Assembly: GCA_002269645.1 (NCBI GenBank)
Contig: NIVC01000356.1
Span: 186,001 to 250,000, forward strand
Direction: 5' to 3'
DNA from: Macrostomum lignano
Taxonomy: Eukaryota
Length of the DNA: 64,000 nt
A program made the position numbers and the translations under genes. This document shows, piece after piece, positions 61,036 to 64,000 of the stretch (position 1 is the first letter of the stretch; each line of letters starts with the position of its first letter). Below the pieces are notes generated by a model, which was given only the letters and a program-made list of their open reading frames with translations, did not search any database and had not been told where the DNA came from.

Positions 61036-61395
61036 TGCCTTGACTCAGCTGCAGGGGGCTCCGGGCATCCGGATGCAGCGAGGAGGCATTGCCGCCCATT
61101 CTGCCAACCCCTGGCAACCACGGGCAGCTGGTGCTGCGGTGTCGCGCAGGGAGATCCGGTGGTGCCGATGTCCGCAGCGCGGTCCCCCTCCGGAGAGTCC
61201 AGTAGGTGGATGTTCGCTCGCCCAGTAGCCCGTAGGTAGCGGACGAGCTGGCAGAGATTCTCGGGCCTGAAAACGTCGGAGGTCCGGGTTTGGACCGAGG
61301 TAGGTGAGCCTGTCCTGAGTAAAGGCGGGGCATTCACAGATGAAGTGCTCCGCATTCTCGACACCGGAGAGGCAGAATGGGCATTCCTAGCACTG
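61036..61395 (-). mobile_element. 5'-truncated LINE 3' fragment, same family as 5763-6131
   Basis: [21 protein letters not shown]...[16 protein letters not shown] followed by the 3' UTR ending CCCTGCAGCTGAGTCAAG. Confidence 0.85.
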
Positions 61396-62645
61396 CCTGC
61401 TAGTGGTAATCTGTCTTTAAATATTTTTTTAGTTGAACTTCTGTGGTAAAAATCCTGTAGTGGTTCGGCCACATGCAGTAAGTTGGCAATTTTCCGAGTC
61501 AAAATTTTGAGAAGCAAGACAGAAAGAAGCAGTCGAGGAAAGAACGTGTATTACTGTGCACACAACTGTATATTCTTTTTACTGGATCGAAGTACTGATA
61601 TATCTAGATTTATGAAATGCGGCTAATATACTCGTATACTCGTATATAAATTTTGCTGATCAAATAATACGGTCACATTCTGTTCTCCATAAACTCCCAG
61701 AGAAGTATTAGCAATCTTGCTAATTAGTCTTGCTAATGCTTCCAATGACTTTGCACCCTTGTTTGAAACCTTTGCAAAAATATCACTTTGTATGCATTTT
61801 AATAATTGCGGGAGGGCAACGGACTTCCCAAACGGCCTCGATCTCCTCTCTCCTTCTCTCTCCTTCTCTCTGCTGCCTCTTTCCTTTCCTATCCATCTCT
61901 CCTTGTTTTACATCAAAAAAGCGCTTCAATATTTCAGTTTTTTTATTTTCGGTGATGTGATGGCCTCACATCATTGAAAAATAAAAATCGAAACACTCAA
62001 GGCTATATGATAACTATAGCAAGTATGGCTTTAAGTGTCGTTCAAATCGGCTACTACGACTATAAAAGAAAAAGTAGCATAGTAAGTTTTGGACCTTTTC
62101 CACGGACCCAACTGTAATTCCTATAAAAGCATGAGCCTCGCTGAGAATTACTATATCTTTCAAAAGATGAGAAATTTCTTCCAGCACGCCTCGTATTAAG
62201 GCTTTCCAAGTTCTAAGTTGGCATCAAACTGCTTGTTTACAATAAAGGCTTTTGTTTTCTTTGCTTCCAACGCCTGCGCTCTCACGTACCTTGGCTTCCA
62301 ACGGGGCCTCTCTTTGCATTGCAATTTGCACAATTAGGAATGCCGAGCAAATGAGACAGCTTTCTCTCTTACTGATTATCTTATCTCAATGAGACACTGG
62401 CCTCGAGTGTGCCACGAGGGCAGTGCCAGCGTGGCAGTGCCAGGGCAAGAGTGCTGACATTTGCAGAACCAACAGCGGCACTCGCCCACTTTCAGCGGTT
62501 GCTCTAATTTAGTAAACAGCTTTCAGCTTTCCCAAAATGCCAGCGGCGTAAATCTAAGCAAAAGTGAATTGGTTTTTCATGCATTTTAAAACAAGAGATG
62601 AAGCTTTGGAATTCATTTTTGTAACAATTTATTTTCGGCTGTTTA

Positions 62646-63175
62646 GCTGAATGGCTTCAAAATTTTAAATCAGTCATACTCAGTTTTCGAGAGAATTAAC
62701 AATCAAAGCTGAATAGCTTCAAAATTTTAAATCAGTCATACTCAGTTTTCGAGAGAATTAACAATCAAAGTTGAATAGCTTCAAAATTTTAAATCAGTCA
62801 TACTCAGTTTTCGAGAGAATTAACAATCAAAGCTGAATGGCTTCAAAATTTTAAATCAGTCATACTCAGTTTTCGAGAGAATTAACAATCAAAGCTGAAT
62901 AGCTTCAAAATTTTAAATCAGTCATACTCAGTTTTCGAGAGAATTAACAATCAAAGTTGAATAGCTTCAAAATTTTAAATCAGTCATACTCAGTTTTCGA
63001 GAGAATTAACAATCAAAGCTGAATGGCTTCAAAATTTTAAATCAGTCATACTCAGTTTTCGAGAGAATTAACAATCAAAGCTGAATGGCTTCAAAATTTT
63101 AAATCAGTCATACTCAGTTTTCGAGAGAATTAACAATCAAAGTTGAATAGCTTCAAAATTTTAAATCAGTCAGTC
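62646..63175. repeat. 62-bp tandem repeat, about 8.5 copies
   Basis: Unit GCTGAATGGCTTCAAAATTTTAAATCAGTCATACTCAGTTTTCGAGAGAATTAACAATCAAA. Confidence 0.95.
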
Positions 63176-63521
63176 TGAAGCTCCTTACTGGCTAGTTTTA
63201 TACATCATAGTGAATGCTTACTAGTGTGTTATCATATACTTTCTTGGGATAATATATCGATATTTGTCAAGCAACGATTAAGTTGGAAACCATGCAATAA
63301 AGCAGGTGCTAGCAAGATTTGAACACAAGACCTGTTCGTTTAACGAGGCACAGAAAGAAAGGAATAAACTTGATTGTCTGCAACCTAACTTTCTGACGGT
63401 TGCTCAACGCAAAGAGGCTTGGTTGGAATGTTAAACATGCAAATAGAAGCAGAACCGAAAGTCTAAAAAGTCACATTGAATTGGTCATCAACACGCTGTA
63501 GCCTGCCCAATCAATGAGATT

Positions 63522-64000
63522 TTAACGCCGTTCGAAAACAAGCTTGTGCTCCCTGGGCTTTCGCAGCACCCCAAGAGATCCTTTGAGGATCTCAGCTTCC
63601 TTGCCGACGAACTCCGGATCCAGGGAGACCCGGTAGCGCTGCATGATGGCGGTGAACATGAGGAATACCTCCATCCGAGCCAGACCCTCTCCTGCACAAG
63701 CTCGTCGACCAATGAGAAAAGGGACGTTCTTGCCTGTGCCAGTGAAGACTCCATTCTGGTCGAGGAAGTGCTCAGGATAAAACTCGTCCGGCTTGGCCCA
63801 GATTCGAGGATCGTGGTTAGAAACATACACACAAGGTATGATGATCGTATCCTTGGGAATTCTGTATCCATGGAAGACGGCTTCGCTCTTTGCGCGATGG
63901 AAGACTCCGACAGCGGCGAGAGAGAGAAACCGGTAAGCCTCCTCAATGACAGCGGTGGTAAAGTTCAGGCTTGGCTTATCTGACGTCTGGGTGCGTCTGT
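63522..64000 (-). CDS. Cytochrome P450 (CYP2-clan-like), 3' terminal part; 5' end outside the window
   Basis: Frame is open from the window edge: K-helix EEAYR (ExxR), GYRIPKDT, PDEFYPEHF (PERF-like), heme motif FLIGRRACAG, stop at 63522. Confidence 0.92.
   Translation of the reverse strand, partial: RRTQTSDKPSLNFTTAVIEEAYRFLSLAAVGVFHRAKSEAVFHGYRIPKDTIIIPCVYVSNHDPRIWAKPDEFYPEHFLDQNGVFTGTGKNVPFLIGRRACAGEGLARMEVFLMFTAIMQRYRVSLDPEFVGKEAEILKGSLGVLRKPREHKLVFERR

Noticed and set aside
1-64000. Prokaryotic operon, defence-island or phage interpretation
   Set aside because: Spliceosomal introns, SINE/LINE content and metazoan gene families show that this is animal nuclear DNA.

Overview
Eukaryotic (metazoan) genomic DNA with GT-AG introns, GC-rich exons containing CAG/polyQ tracts, and a different minisatellite in almost every intron. 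The overall style resembles the flatworm Macrostomum lignano, but that is inference only. I reconstructed four host genes by hand: (1) an ankyrin-repeat protein spliced in frame to a huge Gly-rich repeat exon (717-4622 +); (2) a 4-exon LRR-Ig-FN3-TM receptor of LRRN/LIG type (16809-22413 +); (3) a 10-exon CEP162-like centrosomal coiled-coil gene (about 28641-59737 +); (4) the 3' end of a CYP2-clan cytochrome P450 (63522-64000 -). The highlight is in CEP162 intron 9, on the antisense strand: two intronless, secreted sphingomyelinase-D/PLD toxin-like genes with a 10-Cys C-terminal domain. They differ mainly in active-site loops, are separated by a decayed tyrosine-recombinase retrotransposon (itself interrupted by an integrase remnant), and one copy appears to have lost its TATA box. 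The second highlight is a tRNA-headed SINE that shares a covarying stem-loop with the 3' UTRs of two RNase-H-type LINE families in the same window. Most long ORFs in the supplied track are tandem-repeat artefacts. No CRISPR, rRNA or bona fide tRNA was found.
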